A stretch of DNA of 64,000 nucleotides. Source: an uncultured delta proteobacterium. GTDB taxonomy: Bacteria > Myxococcota_A > Polyangia > Polyangiales > JAFGIB01. Within the stretch, counting starts at the first letter, position 1; every line of letters begins with the position of its first letter. The notes under the pieces are model-generated. The model worked only from the letters and a program-made list of their open reading frames with translations. It did not search any database and was not told where the DNA came from. Positions 29,858-38,701 of this stretch are shown here, piece after piece. The position numbers were made by a program, and so were the translations under genes. The stretch spans positions 576,001 through 640,000 of the forward strand of contig CAVZVA010000009.1 in assembly GCA_963778655.1 (NCBI GenBank), given 5' to 3'.

Positions 29858-29950
29858 TCATCTTACGCGATGGGCGGATTCACCGGGGTGCTCCTCGTGG
29901 TTGCGATCGTCGGGGTGCTGGTGCGCGTCGTTCAGGGTCGCCGAGTCTGA
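29858..29950 (+). pseudogene. 3' half of an lmo0937-family small membrane protein
   Basis: SSYAMGGFTGVLLVVAIVGVLVRVVQGRRV* resembles the family C-terminus. The N-terminal TM helix is absent. Confidence 0.5.
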
Positions 29951-30017
29951 TTGCGTCGCCTCTTGCCCGCTCGAAGCTGGCGGCGCGGATCATGCATAGA
30001 GACAGGGCACGCCTCCA

Positions 30018-31409
30018 ATGCGTGTCATGAAGCTCGCAGCCACAAAGCTCGGATGCATCCATCGCCTGCCGCCGGCGGGCCATCCCTACGGTCCTGGCAC
30101 GCTGATCGTCGGCAAATACCGGCTCGAGTCTCAGCTCGGCGAGGGCGGTATGGGCACGGTCTGGCTCGCCCGAAACGAGACTTTGGACGCACCGGTTGCG
30201 CTCAAGCTGATCCGGTCGGGGATGCAGAACGAAGAGACTGCGGAACGGCTGCTGCTCGAAGCGCGTGTCGAAGCAAAGCTCAAACACCCTAACATCGTGC
30301 GGGTCTTCGATTTTGGTCACACCGACCTGGGCGACGCGTTTATCGTCATGGAGGTGCTCAGCGGCATCAGCCTCAGCGAGTTGCTGAAGCAGCGGGGTCG
30401 TCTGGGCGCAGTGGAGGCCGTCCAAGTCGTCTTGCCGGTCGTTGCGGCCCTTCGCCATGCGCACGAAAACGGTGTGGTGCACCGGGACATCAAGCCGGGG
30501 AACATCTTTCTCGACCGGGGTGGGTTGGGCCAGGGGACCAAGCTTTTGGATTTCGGCATCGCCAAGCTCGCGGACGACGAATTCCACAGCCACATAACAC
30601 AAAACGGCAAGTTGCTCGGGAGTCCGGCGTACATGGCGCCCGAGCAGGCAACGGGCTCCGCGAGCGTGGATCACCGCGCGGACATTTGGGCGACGTGCGT
30701 GATTCTCTACGAGGCCATTTCGGGCCTGCCCGCGTTCTCCGGGGACGGATACGTGGTCCTGCGCAAAGTTATCGACGACCAGGTGCTGGCCCTCGAGGAC
30801 ACTGGGGCCGGAGAGCCCGCCCTCTGGCGCATTCTCAGTCGTGGCATGAGAAAGGATCCCTCACAGCGCTTTCAATCGGCCCGGGACCTAGGAAGCGCGC
30901 TGGCGCAGTGGCTTTGCGACCAGGGCAAAAGTGAGGACCTGGACGGTAACGGTATTGCGCGACATTGGGGTGTTGCAGGTCCTTCTCCGGGGACCACATC
31001 GCCGCCCGCAGTCAAACCGCGCCGCGATCTGCAGATGTTCGAGCTGCCCGGAGCGCAGGCCGCGACCTTCGGCACCGTGCCGCAGCATCGTGGCAAGAGC
31101 CATCGCGCCGCCGCGGCCCTGCGCATTGCCGCGGCGTTGGCGTTCGCGCTCGCCGTACTGCTCGTGCCTTCCGAGATTGGAGGCGGGCCTACGGAACGCA
31201 CGGCTCGGGAGCCCGAGCAGAGCGCTGCTTCTACGGATGAACGGGCAACTCGAGTGGAGGAGGCGGCTGCAGGCGAGCCGCCGGTTGCGGATGGTACGTC
31301 GACCCGAGCGGCAGCGCCACGGAGGTCCGCCCATCCATGGCCGCGCCACGCCAAGCACTCGTCCCGGCGGATTACAGAGGCTTCTCTTGACCTCAAGGTC
31401 CCGTACTGA
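30018..31409 (+). CDS. Membrane-anchored Hanks-type Ser/Thr protein kinase
   Basis: Motifs GEGGMGTV, VALK, HRDIKPGN, DFG and YMAPE. TM segment IAAALAFALAVLLV and C-terminal DLKVPY. Confidence 0.93.
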   Translation: MRVMKLAATKLGCIHRLPPAGHPYGPGTLIVGKYRLESQLGEGGMGTVWLARNETLDAPVALKLIRSGMQNEETAERLLLEARVEAKLKHPNIVRVFDFGHTDLGDAFIVMEVLSGISLSELLKQRGRLGAVEAVQVVLPVVAALRHAHENGVVHRDIKPGNIFLDRGGLGQGTKLLDFGIAKLADDEFHSHITQNGKLLGSPAYMAPEQATGSASVDHRADIWATCVILYEAISGLPAFSGDGYVVLRKVIDDQVLALEDTGAGEPALWRILSRGMRKDPSQRFQSARDLGSALAQWLCDQGKSEDLDGNGIARHWGVAGPSPGTTSPPAVKPRRDLQMFELPGAQAATFGTVPQHRGKSHRAAAALRIAAALAFALAVLLVPSEIGGGPTERTAREPEQSAASTDERATRVEEAAAGEPPVADGTSTRAAAPRRSAHPWPRHAKHSSRRITEASLDLKVPY

Positions 31410-32335
31410 TGTGCGCTCGAACCGTCATGTTCATCGGCGTCCGAGTGATCACTGTCGTCGCTTGCATGCGAATGGCGATTTTGCCCGCGCTTGCCCAGGC
31501 AGGGGATTCGGGCGGAGATTCCAACGGGAAACGAACGCGAGGGCAGACCGCCGAGGCCCGCCATCTAGCCGGGGTCGCAGCCTTTGCCAAGGGTCGCTAC
31601 CGGGAAGCGATCGAGCTGTTCCTGGAGGCCAACCGCCTGCGGCCGAGGGCAGCGATCTCGTTCAATATTGCGCGCTGCTACGAGCAAATGGAGGACGCTT
31701 CGAGCGCAATCACTTGGTACCGAGACTATCTACGACGGTCAGATCACCCTAGCGATGGTAGGCGCATAGCTCGTCGCATCGCCGGGCTCGAAAGGCGTCT
31801 CGCCCAACGAAGCGCGAAACAGGAAATCGTCGAATCGGGGCCGAAAGAACGGGCGTTGAACGTCGAGCTCGCGCCTGCGCCCGAGCTCGGCTCGAAGATG
31901 AGTCGACCGCCGCGTCTCGAAGAAGGTGCCGCCGTAGTCGAGGTGCAGCCCGCACTGGGGCAGCGGGGCCGGGCGATCCTGAGCGCACCGCAAGAACGCG
32001 GACGAGGGTCGGCGCTCAACACCGTCGGGTGGATTGCGTTGGGTTGCGGCGGGGGCACCCTCACCGGGGCGTTGGCGTTCGAGCTGCTGCGACGCGCCGC
32101 AGAAAAGCGCGCCCAGCGCGAAACCAGACAGATCGAATTCGCGCGGGACGTAGAGAGCATGCGCTCGCGGCAGACCGTCGCGCGCGTGCTGGTCGGGGTC
32201 GGTGCGACATTGTCGGTCGCCGGCGGAATACTGCTTCTGTTGGGAGCAAATCAGAGCGAGCGTACACCGGAGACGCGCGTCGCGTTCTCGTGCGCTTCCC
32301 GCCATTGCCAAGCGTCTCTCACGGGTGCGTTCTGA
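31409..32335 (+). CDS. Secreted TPR protein with a C-terminal hydrophobic region
   Basis: Signal-like N-terminus and TPR helices (GRYREAIELFLEA; FNIARCYEQM). Ends in ASLTGAF. Overlaps the kinase stop. Confidence 0.78.
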   Translation: MCARTVMFIGVRVITVVACMRMAILPALAQAGDSGGDSNGKRTRGQTAEARHLAGVAAFAKGRYREAIELFLEANRLRPRAAISFNIARCYEQMEDASSAITWYRDYLRRSDHPSDGRRIARRIAGLERRLAQRSAKQEIVESGPKERALNVELAPAPELGSKMSRPPRLEEGAAVVEVQPALGQRGRAILSAPQERGRGSALNTVGWIALGCGGGTLTGALAFELLRRAAEKRAQRETRQIEFARDVESMRSRQTVARVLVGVGATLSVAGGILLLLGANQSERTPETRVAFSCASRHCQASLTGAF

Positions 32336-32337
32336 TC

Positions 32338-34404
32338 ATGAACGCGGCGCCACCAATAGGGGGAGCGAACCTTCGGCTAGCCCTGCCGGGGCTCGCCCTG
32401 CTCTGTGGTCTCCTTGCCGCGTGTAACAGCTCGCTCGACACGAGCGTGCTTGGCAAACATTGCTCTAGTGCGAACGCGTGCTTGCCCGGCTACGCGTGCA
32501 ACGCCGCGCACTTTTGCACGCTTGTGACGACGCTTGGCCTTGCTGTCGACGCTGGGATCGGTGACACAGACGCCCTGATGCCACTGGGCCCAGACGCGCA
32601 GATAACGGTAGACGCGGCTGAGCCGGCTGCGGGCACCGGCGATGCACGAACGGTGGTCACCCCGCTCGAGCGCGGCGACGCAGGCCGTATCCTTCGGCCC
32701 GGTATGGACGCAGCGACGCCCCCCTTGCCCGAGATGGTCGTCTGCGCGGGGATGATGTGCGGTGAGCAGTGTGTGGATCTCAACACCGACGTGAAGAATT
32801 GCGGCGGTTGCGCTGCGGCGTGCACGGCGCCTGCCTCGGCAATTCCGGTCTGCGTGGACGCGTCGTGCAACTTCGTGTGTGGAGTGGCCGTCGAACGCTG
32901 TGGACCTCAATGCGTAGACCTCGGCAGCGACAGTGCCAATTGTGGCGCATGCGGCCAGCGATGCAGCCCGGCCTCCAACGCAGAGGTCGTATGCGAGCTC
33001 GGAAGGTGCGCGAGCGTTTGCAACGAAGGTTACACTGCATGCAGCGGCGGCTGCGCGAACTTGCGCACAGACTCCGCGAACTGTGGTGTCTGCGGCGTCG
33101 CCTGCGCAGTGGGGCAAGCCTGCGCGAACGGAGCCTGTGCGAGCGCGTGCCCAAGCTCTCTTGCGGCCTGTGGCGGGGCTTGCGTGGACTTGGCGAGTGA
33201 CGCTGCCCACTGTGGGGCCTGTGACCAAGCTTGCGCGGGGCTCGCGCAGGGCACCGGGACATGCGTTGGTGGGTCCTGCCAATCGCGCTGCGATACCGGC
33301 TTCACGCTGTGCGGTGGCCGGTGCGTCGACGGCGCAACCGACGTGCAGAATTGCGGCGGTTGCGGTCGCGCCTGCGACGTGCCTGCGTTTGGCGTTCCGG
33401 TTTGTAGCAAGGGCCGGTGTTCTTTTACATGCCAGACTGGCTTTGCGCGGTGCGGAAGCTCATGCATCGACTCCCACACGGACCCGCATAACTGCGGAGG
33501 CTGCGGCGTTGCGTGCACCAACACCGAGGCGTGCTCTGGTGGTAAGTGTTTGAGCGTCTGCCCGGCCGGGACCAAGGCATGCTCGTCTGCCTGCGTCGAC
33601 CTCAAGGCCAACGTAGCCCATTGCGGAGCTTGCGACACGGCTTGCGCCGTCCCCATCAACGGCGGTGCCATCTGCAGCAAAAGCAAGTGCGTCATCGCGT
33701 GCGATCCTGGATACTCGGCGTGCTCAGGCCAATGTCTGCGACTCGACAACGATCCCACTCGCTGTGGAGCCTGCGGTACCCAATGCCCGGTTCCGGCCCA
33801 CGGTACCGCGGCCTGCGCAAGCGGCGGTTGCGGGATCGTGTGCGACACGGGGTATGCCGTCTGCGGTAACGCGTGCGTGAGCCTTGTCGCCGACGTGGCG
33901 AACTGCGGAGCGTGCGCAACCAAGTGCGGTCCGATGGAAACCTGTTCGCAAGGGAAATGCACGCTCAACTGCGCTGCGGGCTCCACCAATTGCGGCGGCT
34001 CGTGCGTAGACCTGCGCAGCGACGCCACGAACTGCGGTGGCTGCAACAAGTCCTGTGCCGCGCCGGTAGACGGCGTTGCCACTTGCAACGACTCGAAGTG
34101 CGGGTTTGCGTGCCGGAGTGGCCTCGTGGCGTGTGGCAACCAGTGCGTCGATTGGACTGTGGATGCAATGAACTGCGGGAAGTGCGGGACAATATGCCCG
34201 GCCGTCCCGGACGGTGCGACGCTCTGTACGAACGGTCAATGTGCGATTTCATGCAACGCAGGCCTGTCGGAGTGCGCGGGAAAGTGCACGAGCGAGGGCA
34301 CAGACCAGAGCAACTGTGGGCAGTGCGGGCACGCCTGCAAGCCAACGGAAACCTGCGCGGCGTCCGCCTGTGTCCTGATCCCGAGCCTCGACGCTGGCAT
34401 TTAG
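32338..34404 (+). CDS. Cys-rich repeat lipoprotein (12 CVDLxxDxxNCGxCGxxC, Stig1-like repeats)
   Basis: Lipobox LAAC, 12 counted repeats, and a start 2 nt after the TPR gene stop. Confidence 0.82.
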   Translation: MNAAPPIGGANLRLALPGLALLCGLLAACNSSLDTSVLGKHCSSANACLPGYACNAAHFCTLVTTLGLAVDAGIGDTDALMPLGPDAQITVDAAEPAAGTGDARTVVTPLERGDAGRILRPGMDAATPPLPEMVVCAGMMCGEQCVDLNTDVKNCGGCAAACTAPASAIPVCVDASCNFVCGVAVERCGPQCVDLGSDSANCGACGQRCSPASNAEVVCELGRCASVCNEGYTACSGGCANLRTDSANCGVCGVACAVGQACANGACASACPSSLAACGGACVDLASDAAHCGACDQACAGLAQGTGTCVGGSCQSRCDTGFTLCGGRCVDGATDVQNCGGCGRACDVPAFGVPVCSKGRCSFTCQTGFARCGSSCIDSHTDPHNCGGCGVACTNTEACSGGKCLSVCPAGTKACSSACVDLKANVAHCGACDTACAVPINGGAICSKSKCVIACDPGYSACSGQCLRLDNDPTRCGACGTQCPVPAHGTAACASGGCGIVCDTGYAVCGNACVSLVADVANCGACATKCGPMETCSQGKCTLNCAAGSTNCGGSCVDLRSDATNCGGCNKSCAAPVDGVATCNDSKCGFACRSGLVACGNQCVDWTVDAMNCGKCGTICPAVPDGATLCTNGQCAISCNAGLSECAGKCTSEGTDQSNCGQCGHACKPTETCAASACVLIPSLDAGI

Positions 34405-34536
34405 CTCGCCGTCGAGAAGGCGAGTGCATCGTCCTCGAGGGTCACACTTGTTCTGCACTGCATGCGTGCCACACCGGTTTGAGTGCGCGTTCCGTTAGGG
34501 GCAAGCGCTGGGCCCGGGGAGCTCGCTGCCGACGAG

Positions 34537-36294
34537 TCAGGCGTCGTGCTCGTCCAAGAGGGCTTGCTCGAACAGTTGTTTCGTTTTACGCCGCTGCACT
34601 TTTCCGCTGGAGGTCCTTGGCAAGGTCCCGACTCGTACGACCGCGACGTACCCGACCGCGAGACCGAACGTCGTCGTAATTCTGTCGGCGATCGCTTTAC
34701 GCAGCTGAGCCGCGGTCGTGGAGCTGCCCTCGGCAGCGATGACGAGGGTTTCCTGGCCTTCGCTGAGGACACTGAAAGCGACGACGTTCTCGCGCCGGAG
34801 GCCAGGGAGCTCGAGCACTGACCGTTCGATGTCCTGCGGGTAGAGGTTCGCCCCACGGATGATGATGACGTCCTTGATGCGGCCGCAAACGTAGAGGTTG
34901 CCGTCCACGAGATAGCCGAGATCGCCAGTGTGCAGCCATCCGTCCCGAAAGCTCTCCAAAGAGGCGGTGGGGTTCTCATAGTATCCGGCAGCCACGCTGG
35001 GACCTCGCGTGCGGATCTCGCCAACGACGCGCTCGGGCAGCACGTCACCGTGGTCGTCCACGATCTCAAGTGAATGACCGGGAAACACCGAGCCGCAGCT
35101 CACCAACTCCAGACTGTCCTCGCCCGGCGCGGCCAGCAGCGCCGCGCCCCGCATCATCGACGCCGCGCTGACATGCTCGGTCACGATTGGTGTGCCGTGC
35201 GCGTGAAAAGTGATTGCGAGCGTTGCTTCCGCCATTCCATATGAGGGCATGAGGGCGCTCGGATCGAAGCCTGCTCGACTGAAGCGATTCGCAAATGCGC
35301 GCAGTACTTTCGGATCGATCGGCTCAGCGCCGCATCCTGCGATGCGGACTCTGCTGAGGTCGAGTCCCTCGAGGTCTTTGTCGCGCGAGCGCTTGACGGC
35401 GAGGGCGTAGGCAAAGTTGGGTGCGAAGGTAATGGTGCCGCGGTAGTCGTGAATCGTCTGGAGCCAGATTGTGGGACGGCGCGCGAACGCTTCGGTAGGC
35501 AGAAGGACGGTGGGGATGTCGTGGATAAGAGTGCCGAGCACGAAGCCGACCAGGCCCATGTCGTGAAATAGAGGGAGCCAGGTGACCGTGACGTCGTCTT
35601 CACGGCGCCCGGCGCCATGCGGGCCCAGGAACGCGTTGGCGTTGGCGATGAGGTTCTGATGGCTAACCATCACACCCTTGGGCATCGACGTGCTACCCGA
35701 AGTGAATTGCAGAAAGCAGAGATCTTGCGGTTCGATGCAGCACCAGTTAGCAGGCGTCGGCGGCGCTTCTTCAGCGCGGAACACACGCTCCACAACCAGG
35801 GTCAGAGCGAGCCCGGACTCTCCCGTGAGCAGGGGGGCAACTGCAGCTTCTGTGGCTTCGATTGTCACCAACGTGCGTGCGCGAGCGGCCCGGACGATGT
35901 GAGCGACGGTCTCGAGGTATGAGGCCTTGGCCTTGAAGCCTGAGGGCGGATACACCGGAATGGGTACAATTCCCGCCATCACCGCCCCGAGAAACGTGAG
36001 CACGAACTCGTGCGGCTCGGGGATCACGAGCGCAAGACGGTCGCCTTTGCACAGTCCGCGTGCCATCAGCAATGCGCCTCGGCGGCGCGCCTCGCCCACG
36101 AGCTCGCGCCATTGGTAGAAGCGTTCGGTGCCGTCAAGCCCACGGAAGCGAAAGCCACGTTCCGGAGTGGCAGGCAACGCCTCGAGCGCTTCGACCAGCG
36201 TGCGCGGCGGCTTTCTCTTCTCCGGAACCACACTTTGTGCTGCCGTGTGGCCGCGCCGCTGAGCGTCGTTGACTTCCGCATGATGGAATTGCAT
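34537..36294 (-). CDS. Fatty acyl-AMP ligase (FAAL)
   Basis: Motifs FLQFTSGSTSMPKG, WLPLFHDMGLVG, PNFAY, YGMAEATLA, LHTGDLG and PRTSSGK. Confidence 0.9.
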   Translation of the reverse strand: MQFHHAEVNDAQRRGHTAAQSVVPEKRKPPRTLVEALEALPATPERGFRFRGLDGTERFYQWRELVGEARRRGALLMARGLCKGDRLALVIPEPHEFVLTFLGAVMAGIVPIPVYPPSGFKAKASYLETVAHIVRAARARTLVTIEATEAAVAPLLTGESGLALTLVVERVFRAEEAPPTPANWCCIEPQDLCFLQFTSGSTSMPKGVMVSHQNLIANANAFLGPHGAGRREDDVTVTWLPLFHDMGLVGFVLGTLIHDIPTVLLPTEAFARRPTIWLQTIHDYRGTITFAPNFAYALAVKRSRDKDLEGLDLSRVRIAGCGAEPIDPKVLRAFANRFSRAGFDPSALMPSYGMAEATLAITFHAHGTPIVTEHVSAASMMRGAALLAAPGEDSLELVSCGSVFPGHSLEIVDDHGDVLPERVVGEIRTRGPSVAAGYYENPTASLESFRDGWLHTGDLGYLVDGNLYVCGRIKDVIIIRGANLYPQDIERSVLELPGLRRENVVAFSVLSEGQETLVIAAEGSSTTAAQLRKAIADRITTTFGLAVGYVAVVRVGTLPRTSSGKVQRRKTKQLFEQALLDEHDA

Positions 36295-36444
36295 ACGAAC
36301 CTCTGTGTAGTGAGGGACCCGTTAGGACGGCGAGGTGCGGCACGCCATCGGGAATTCAAGCCCCTTCAGGCCTCGACGACGCGCTGGAAGGGAACCGGCG
36401 CCGGCTAGCGACCTCTCGTTTGGAGGGGCGCGGGAGGGGGCAAG

Positions 36445-36478
36445 AAGCGAAATCGCGTTGGAAGCGAAATCGCGTTGG
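36445..36478. repeat. 17-bp tandem direct repeat AAGCGAAATCGCGTTGG x2
   Basis: Perfect copies at 36445-36461 and 36462-36478. Confidence 0.8.
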
Positions 36479-36500
36479 CAGCGAAACGCCGCCAACGCGA
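36470..36500 (-). terminator. Putative intrinsic terminator after the OmpA gene
   Basis: 10-bp stem TCGCGTTGGC / GCCAACGCGA followed by TTTCGCTT on the minus strand, 20 bp past the stop. Confidence 0.5.
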
Positions 36501-36519
36501 CCTCTTGCGGTGTTCGTGC

Positions 36520-37419
36520 TTAGCCCGCGTCACCACTCTTAGGCTCGACCACGATCTCGACGCGTCGATTGTTGGCGCGGCCTTCGGCGGAGTTGTTGTC
36601 GGCGATAGGGCGTGAGGCGCCAAAGCCTCGTGAGGTTATCCTGTCGGCTGCAATGCCGTGCGCCACGAGGTAGTCGCGCACGGTCCGGGCGCGGCGCTCT
36701 GACAAGTCCTGGTTGTAGCTCACGCCACCCTGAGAATCGGTGTGTCCCTCCACGACCATCTTCGACTCCGGGTCTTGTTGCGTGAGCGCTTTGGCCACGC
36801 TGTTCAACTTGACCAGAGCCCCCGGTAGCAACTCCGACTTGGCGGACGCGAAGAGGACGCCCCCCGAAAGCGTAATCACCATTCCGCGCGTCTCTTGCTT
36901 CACCGATGCGAATTTGGCGAGGTCGGCGGCCGCCTGAGCGGCGCGCTTTTCGGCCGCGGCACGCGCCTCACGTTCGGTCGCCAGTTGCTGGTCCTGGTTC
37001 TGCATGGCTTGGCCCTGCAACGCCAGGCGCTGATTCGCCTCGCCGAGCTGCGCCGACGTGGCCTTGAGCTGCGCGGTCTCGTCCGAGTGCATTTTCGCGA
37101 CGGTTTGCTGTTGATTATCTGTCCACTGCGCAGCATTGCCACGAGCTTCGGCGATCTGTGCGCGCCGATCCGCGGTGTAGGCCAGATCCCTCGTCTTGGG
37201 TGTGTCCCCGTCTTTCGCGTAGGATTGCTCCGAGGCATCGAGGGCCTTCTTCGCGGTATGCAGATCTGCTGGGTCGAGCTTCGAGGCAGTGCCGTTTTGG
37301 GCACGGGCGTATGACGCGCGTGCGCTTAGCAGCTCAGGCGGTGGTGCTGCGGTTGCGCAGCCGGCGCTCGCAAGCGCGAGCACCAGCCAAGTCTTGATTT
37401 GGGTGGAAGTCTTCATCAC
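36520..37419 (-). CDS. DUF4398-OmpA family lipoprotein
   Basis: Lipobox SAGC, a coiled-coil region, and OmpA-C motifs VEGHTD, NQDLSERRA and GRANNRRVEI. Confidence 0.92.
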   Translation of the reverse strand: MMKTSTQIKTWLVLALASAGCATAAPPPELLSARASYARAQNGTASKLDPADLHTAKKALDASEQSYAKDGDTPKTRDLAYTADRRAQIAEARGNAAQWTDNQQQTVAKMHSDETAQLKATSAQLGEANQRLALQGQAMQNQDQQLATEREARAAAEKRAAQAAADLAKFASVKQETRGMVITLSGGVLFASAKSELLPGALVKLNSVAKALTQQDPESKMVVEGHTDSQGGVSYNQDLSERRARTVRDYLVAHGIAADRITSRGFGASRPIADNNSAEGRANNRRVEIVVEPKSGDAG

Positions 37420-37787
37420 GGCGTTCCTTGTTCGGCGATGGTTGAGTGTTGAGCGTTGGACCGATCCACGGCCTTGCCGGCTTGCACCTTTGCGTCGTCC
37501 TCGCGAGTCAGCGCAACGGCCAGCTCTGCGTCCGCTTTGGCGCGCATGAGCAAGCTTTCGGCCCTTTCGTTGTCTTCGGCTTCCATGGCGGATTTCGCCT
37601 GCTTCATCTGTTCCTCGGCAAGTTTGAGGTGAAGCTGCGCCCTTGGGTTGTTCTGCGCTCCCAGCTCGTTCGCGCTGCGATCGGCTGATTCAACGTCCGC
37701 CATTTGCTGCGTGGGTGGCGGATAGTTGCCTGCGCACCCAAACGCAAACAGCAACGTTGCTGAGGTAATAATTGTGAATGTGTTCAT
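37416..37787 (-). CDS. DUF4398 lipoprotein
   Basis: Lipobox AFGC and AQLHLKLAEEQ...RAKADAELA. Overlaps the OmpA gene start. Confidence 0.85.
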   Translation of the reverse strand: MNTFTIITSATLLFAFGCAGNYPPPTQQMADVESADRSANELGAQNNPRAQLHLKLAEEQMKQAKSAMEAEDNERAESLLMRAKADAELAVALTREDDAKVQAGKAVDRSNAQHSTIAEQGTP

Positions 37788-37900
37788 GAAATGTTTGTCC
37801 GCCTTTCGTGCCTGAGCTTTCCTTGCTCCCCGTTTGGACGACGCGCTCCGTTTGGAGCACGAGGCCTAGTCGTCGGAGTGGGTAAAGCGACACAGGTCCG

Positions 37901-37916
37901 TGCATGAAGCATGCCG
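37901..37916 (-). promoter_or_regulatory. Sigma-54 -24/-12 promoter for the DUF4398-OmpA operon
   Basis: The minus strand reads CGGCATGCTTCATGCA (GG-N10-GC). Confidence 0.65.
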
Positions 37917-37989
37917 TGCTCGAATGCGCCCGCCTCTTGCGTGATGGCGGACCAAATGGGCCTTTGGCGTGCTGCCTCGGGCGGGCAAA

Positions 37990-38003
37990 TGGGACACTTT
38001 TGC
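37990..38003 (-). promoter_or_regulatory. Candidate enhancer-binding site
   Basis: The minus strand reads GCAAAAGTGTCCCA, between two divergent sigma-54 motifs. Confidence 0.5.
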
Positions 38004-38124
38004 TGGCAGCACGCTCGCCCGCGCGTTCTGGGGCGGTCTACGAGTTGGGCGCCGCAGTCCTTCCAGTTGGCGTGGACTCGAACCGCTCCCCACTTGGGCC
38101 CGGGCGGATGCTGGGGCCGGGCGG

Positions 38125-38140
38125 TGGCATGAAGCTTGCG
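38125..38140 (+). promoter_or_regulatory. Sigma-54 -24/-12 promoter
   Basis: TGGCATGAAGCTTGCG (GG-N10-GC with TTGC). Confidence 0.72.
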
Positions 38141-38178
38141 TCGCCAGCCATCGCGTGATGACGCGTCAGGAGGCACCC

Positions 38179-38364
38179 ATGAGCACGGGTACGCTCGCTT
38201 ACAAGACCACGGTTCGCGAATGTCCGCGTTGCGCCAGCCAGTCGGTCGCTCGTTCGCGTATTCGAGCGCGGGTGGGGCGGATCGTGTTGAGTCTGTTTGG
38301 ATTGGGCCTCTATCGCTGCACCGACTGCTGGCACCGCTTCGTTTCAGTTCCGCGGACGCGCTAG
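38179..38364 (+). CDS. Small zinc-ribbon protein (61 aa)
   Basis: AGGAGG RBS and CPRC...YRCTDCWHRF. Lies directly downstream of a sigma-54 motif. Confidence 0.7.
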   Translation: MSTGTLAYKTTVRECPRCASQSVARSRIRARVGRIVLSLFGLGLYRCTDCWHRFVSVPRTR

Positions 38365-38701
38365 CTGCTAACGGGCAGCGGCAGCAGGGGCTTGCCCCTT
38401 TCGCCGATTTGGGGCTCGGGCAGGAGGCGTCCGGTGCTCTGCAGCGCTTTGTGCAGGGCCTCGCCTTCAACGTGCGACGTAGAAATTGCCAGCAGTGCGG
38501 TTTCGTATCGGAATCTTGTCTCGCAATCGAGGCCCGCCACTGAACCTGCCGCCGTGGCGTCGCCGGGGGCCAATGTTGACGGTGGACTACACGGGCGTAA
38601 TTCATCCAGAGCTGAAGCACGCAAGGGCCTGTGCCATTAGGGCTCGCCAGACGGGCGGGCACATGGTCGTCGTTTTCCCATGCTGCTAACTTGACCCCGC
38701 C

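Noticed and set aside
32740..34404. CRISPR-like or DNA tandem array
   Set aside because: The periodicity is at protein level only. There are no identical DNA repeats with spacers and no cas genes.
38621..38636. Sigma-54-like TGGCACAGGCCCTTGC on the minus strand
   Set aside because: Spacing is GG-N11-GC (one base too long), and there is no clear downstream gene.
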